From positions 2,378 through 66,377 of the forward strand of contig CAUGVQ010000001.1 in assembly GCA_959602875.1 (NCBI GenBank): DNA of 64,000 bases. Direction: 5' to 3'. A program made the translations under genes and the position numbers. Source of the DNA: an uncultured Collinsella sp. (lineage in GTDB: Bacteria > Actinomycetota > Coriobacteriia > Coriobacteriales > Coriobacteriaceae). The notes under the pieces were generated by a model, which worked only from the letters and a program-made list of their open reading frames with translations, searched no databases and was not told where the DNA came from. Positions 59,460-64,000 of this stretch are shown in pieces; position 1 is the stretch's first letter; each line of letters opens with the position of its first letter.

Positions 59460-59499
59460 GCGAGGTGCCTCCCCGGCGTATGCAGGGGAGGCACCTCGC
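59460..59499. terminator. 15-bp hairpin downstream of the PTS gene
   Basis: GCGAGGTGCCTCCCC/GGGGAGGCACCTCGC. Confidence 0.55.
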
Positions 59500-59597
59500 G
59501 ATGGCCCGCTAGCCAATTGGGAGGCAAGGGGAGATGCGGGCCGTACCGACCAGGTCAACCCAAGGCGCGGGATCGACCCAACCGCATTCAACAAAAC

Positions 59598-61202
59598 CTA
59601 CTTCGCAGTGGCAGTGGCTGCAAGATCGGCGGCGCGGACGGCGTCCTTCAGGGCGTGGGCGGCGTTCTCTACCTGCGTGCCGTACACCACCTGAACGTTC
59701 TCCTCGTTGATTTTGATGACGCCAAGTGAGCCTGTCTCTTTAAGCGCGGCTTCGTCGACCACGGCCGTATCCTTAAGCACGAGGCGCAGGCGGCTAATGC
59801 AGTTGTCGATATCGACGATGTTGTCGCGGCCACCCACGGCCTCCATGATGGCAAGGCCCATCTCGCTCACGTCGACCGAACCCGTCTCATAACTCGCGTC
59901 TGCATCGCGACCAGGGGTCTTGAGGCTCTGCTTGGTGATCACGAACTTGAAGACGTTGTAGTACACGATGGCGTAAACAATACCCACGGCAACGTTGAGA
60001 TACCAGCGAGTCTCGGGACCACGCAGAATACCAAAGAGAGTAAGATCGATGAGGCCGCCACCGGCGTTACCAATGCAGACGCCAAGCAGCGTGTTGATAA
60101 GGAACGACAGACCAGCCATGCAGGCGTGGAAGAGCCAAAGCACCGGCGAGATGAAGATGAACGAGAACTCGATGGGTTCGGTGATGCCTGTCACAAAGCT
60201 GGTGAGGCCGGCGGCGAGCAGAATGCCCTTAACCTTTGCCTTGTTCTCGGGCAGAGCGCAGCGATACATGGCGTAGCAAGCAGCGGGCAGACCGAAGACC
60301 ATGAACGGATGCGTGCCCTGCGTGAGGAAGCGCGTTGCCATACGCATGATGTCCATATTGGGGTCGGTCTGCATGAGAAGCGCGTTGAAGATATTGAGCG
60401 CGCCGGAGACCTGCTCCCCATCAACCATTGCGGTGCCGCCGATGGGCGTGAAGCGGATGAGCTGATTCAGGATGTGGTGCAGGCCCGTGGGGATAAGCAG
60501 ACGCTCGAGGAACCCGTAGATGAAGGTACCAAACGCACCAGCAGCCTGGATGAGGTCACCGAACGCGTTGATGAGCATGCTGAAGATGGGCCAGACAAAG
60601 TACATCACGATGGCGACAAACGGAATGGTCACCGTAATCATGATGGGCACAAACCGCGTACCGCTGAAGAAGCTGAACGCCGCCGGTAGCTGTGTGCGGT
60701 GGAAGCGGTTGTGGATGAATGCCGTCCACAGGCCGCAGACGATACCGCCAAAGATGCTCATGCGATAGGTAAAGATGCCAAAGACGGTATCGTAGGCAGC
60801 GTTTTGCTGCGTTGCCTCGGTGAGGCTCAAACCCGTCTTTTGCAGGGCCTCAATCGACGTGGTCTCCGCCGTAATGCCGTTCAGCCCCAGGAAGAAGTTG
60901 ATTGTGGTATGGAACAGCACAAACGCGATGACCGAGGCAAAGGTGGCAATCTCCTTATCCTCGCGCGTCATGCCCATAGCCAGTGACATGCAGAACAGCA
61001 CCGGCAGCAAGCTAAAGAGAGCACTTGCCAGTGCGTTCACGCAGCGCACGAGCGCGTCGATAAACGGCACGCCTGTGAGCGCGTCGCCAAAGATCATCTG
61101 ATTGGTGAGCAGCGACGCCAGGCCGAGCATCAGGCCCGCGGCAACGATCATCGACAACGGGGCCATTAATGACTTACCGAGCTTCTGAATAAATGTTCGC
61201 AT
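59598..61202 (-). CDS. PTS EIICB, glucose/maltose (alpha-glucoside) family
   Basis: QKLGKSLM, FFSGTRFVP, ERLLIPTGLHH, TGITEPIEF, DNCISRLR. Confidence 0.92.
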   Translation of the reverse strand: MRTFIQKLGKSLMAPLSMIVAAGLMLGLASLLTNQMIFGDALTGVPFIDALVRCVNALASALFSLLPVLFCMSLAMGMTREDKEIATFASVIAFVLFHTTINFFLGLNGITAETTSIEALQKTGLSLTEATQQNAAYDTVFGIFTYRMSIFGGIVCGLWTAFIHNRFHRTQLPAAFSFFSGTRFVPIMITVTIPFVAIVMYFVWPIFSMLINAFGDLIQAAGAFGTFIYGFLERLLIPTGLHHILNQLIRFTPIGGTAMVDGEQVSGALNIFNALLMQTDPNMDIMRMATRFLTQGTHPFMVFGLPAACYAMYRCALPENKAKVKGILLAAGLTSFVTGITEPIEFSFIFISPVLWLFHACMAGLSFLINTLLGVCIGNAGGGLIDLTLFGILRGPETRWYLNVAVGIVYAIVYYNVFKFVITKQSLKTPGRDADASYETGSVDVSEMGLAIMEAVGGRDNIVDIDNCISRLRLVLKDTAVVDEAALKETGSLGVIKINEENVQVVYGTQVENAAHALKDAVRAADLAATATAK

Positions 61203-61235
61203 GAAAACTCCCCCTCTACAGAGTTACCGCGCGCG

Positions 61236-62594
<1,359 letters not shown>

Positions 62595-62753
62595 CTAGGG
62601 CGCAACCGAGCTTCCAGATATGCAGGAACGCACGGCGCGCCGCCATATCTGGCTCAACTGGGGGATGTGGGCCCAACCCTTATCTCGATAATACGAATCG
62701 GCATTACAGGGGCGGTACTGCAAAGGAATACCAGTAATGATGTGAGCAAGCGG

Positions 62754-62785
62754 TGAATCTATTTCAGATGCTGAAATTCTTTTCA
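62754..62785. promoter_or_regulatory. Tandem TGAA-N-TTCA dyads, likely RpiR operator
   Basis: TGAATCTATTTCA and TGAAATTCTTTTCA between the divergent GH4 and RpiR genes. Confidence 0.5.
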
Positions 62786-62950
62786 CACAATCGTGTCGCC
62801 CCGGCGCCGCCACAACCTTCCCGGCGCATAATGAGTATTCACACCGGAAGCGCGGTTAAACGCTTTGCACGTTGTTTGTGCGCGCGGCAACAATCAGCAC
62901 CGTAGGCAGCAAGTCTTGTAATGCAGGCTGGACGATAGGAGGCTAGGCGC

Positions 62951-63739
62951 ATGGGAAGTTCATTTGACCGCATCGTCAACCAGAGCTATCGCAACCTCAC
63001 GGATATCGATATCCAGATCCTGCAGCAGATATCTGACGAGATGGACCTCGTCCCCAACATGTCCATCGGCGAGCTGGCAGACCGTTGCAACGTGTCCACC
63101 GCGACTATCGTGCGCATGACGCGGCACCTGGGATTCGACGGATACAGCGACTTCAAATATTTCCTGCGCCACGAAAGCGAACGCGGTCGCAAACAGCGAA
63201 CAAACTCCCCCACGGTAACTTCGGCCGCTCAGACAGTTGCCGAGGACCTCGCCCAAACCATACGCCTGTTTGAGCGCACCAATCAGCTCGACGAGCTTTA
63301 CGCGCGTATGGCATCGGCACGCAAGATATACGCCTTTGGCACCGGTTACGGGCAGCGCCTCATGCTCGAGGACTTTTGCCGCTGCATGCAGATGATCGGC
63401 CGCGATGTAGTGATGATTCCCGCAACGGGCGAGCTCCGGCTTGTGAAGCAGTTTCTGACCCGGGATGACCTGCTCATCATTGCGTCGCTCTCGGGTTGCA
63501 TCGACCGCTACCGAGATGTCTTCCAGACCATCAACGTCTGCGGTACACCCATTGCCTCCATCACGAATCTCGGTAACAACGAGCTCGCGAGCTATACCGC
63601 CTACAGCCTCTACTTCCAGAACGGCAACATCTTCGACGACATCAACATGTCCTCAAGTTCGTTTGTCTCCATGCACCTCGTTTTGCACCTGCTGTTTGAA
63701 GGGTTCAAGGCGTGGCTGGACAACAACACAAAGGGGTAG
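62951..63739 (+). CDS. MurR/RpiR-family regulator (GlvR-like)
   Basis: SIGELADRCNVSTATIVRMTRHLGFDGYSDFK; SIS domain SLSG. Confidence 0.9.
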   Translation: MGSSFDRIVNQSYRNLTDIDIQILQQISDEMDLVPNMSIGELADRCNVSTATIVRMTRHLGFDGYSDFKYFLRHESERGRKQRTNSPTVTSAAQTVAEDLAQTIRLFERTNQLDELYARMASARKIYAFGTGYGQRLMLEDFCRCMQMIGRDVVMIPATGELRLVKQFLTRDDLLIIASLSGCIDRYRDVFQTINVCGTPIASITNLGNNELASYTAYSLYFQNGNIFDDINMSSSSFVSMHLVLHLLFEGFKAWLDNNTKG

Positions 63740-63801
63740 GGCTCGGCGGCACCATTGTCCGAACCCCTGCGTCTTCGTGGTTAATTCTTAAGTGCGTTCA
63801 C

Positions 63802-63853
63802 GACACTGTGGATAGTATAAACCAGATATCTGGTTTATACTATCCACAGTGTC
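63802..63853. repeat. Perfect 52-bp palindrome
   Basis: GACACTGTGGATAGTATAAACCAGAT|ATCTGGTTTATACTATCCACAGTGTC. Confidence 0.92.
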
Positions 63854-64000
63854 CTCTACCAAGGAGGGATAGTTTATGCTAGTTAGCTGCTACTTTGATA
63901 ATTTTCTCTCATTTAAAGATGAAAGTTATTTCGAGCTTTCTGCACCAAAAAACCGTGTTAGAAATAGATATCCGGGAAACTACGTAAAGGTGGACAGCGG

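Noticed and set aside
59167..59499. TTTTCCCCGCG units and CCCCGGCGTATGCAGGGG resemble type I-E CRISPR repeat fragments
   Set aside because: The period is 33 bp with no full repeat-spacer structure, the second motif is a single hairpin, and there are no cas genes.

Overview
High-GC bacterial chromosome segment; gene content and protein style point to a Coriobacteriia gut actinobacterium (Collinsella/Enorma-like; inferred, not searched). About 1-14,000 is a decayed integrative-mobilisable island abutting the 3' end of an initiator tRNA-Met. It carries a tyrosine integrase, a relaxase, a YdjG/YdjI-like Zn-ribbon + SPFH + DUF4428 envelope-stress module, a sensor/kinase/LuxR-type regulator trio and nested IS3 remnants. 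The rest is mostly core genome: ccmEFABC(D) with a CxxxY CcmE, coaX, birA, a folP-folK fusion, a cobalamin-riboswitch ECF transporter, cobB, xth, glmU-prs, pth, nfnAB, an amino-acid ABC transporter, yqeY, a PrsA-like PPIase, a divergent phosphoketolase, glmS, LacI, VanZ-RDD, HAD, larE, an EF-G paralogue and a GH4/PTS alpha-glucoside locus. The most unusual signals are: (i) a lone Schlafen/AlbA_2-HATPase-HTH gene bracketed by two 77-bp GGACAT/ATGTCC direct repeats between prs and pth; (ii) three ~200-bp elements with shared 37-bp terminal inverted repeats but different interiors, plus several perfect 26-30-bp palindromes and orphan operator-like arrays; (iii) a 51-bp copy of the tRNA-Met 3' half embedded in frame in the CcmC tail; and (iv) a phosphoketolase with altered active-site residues.
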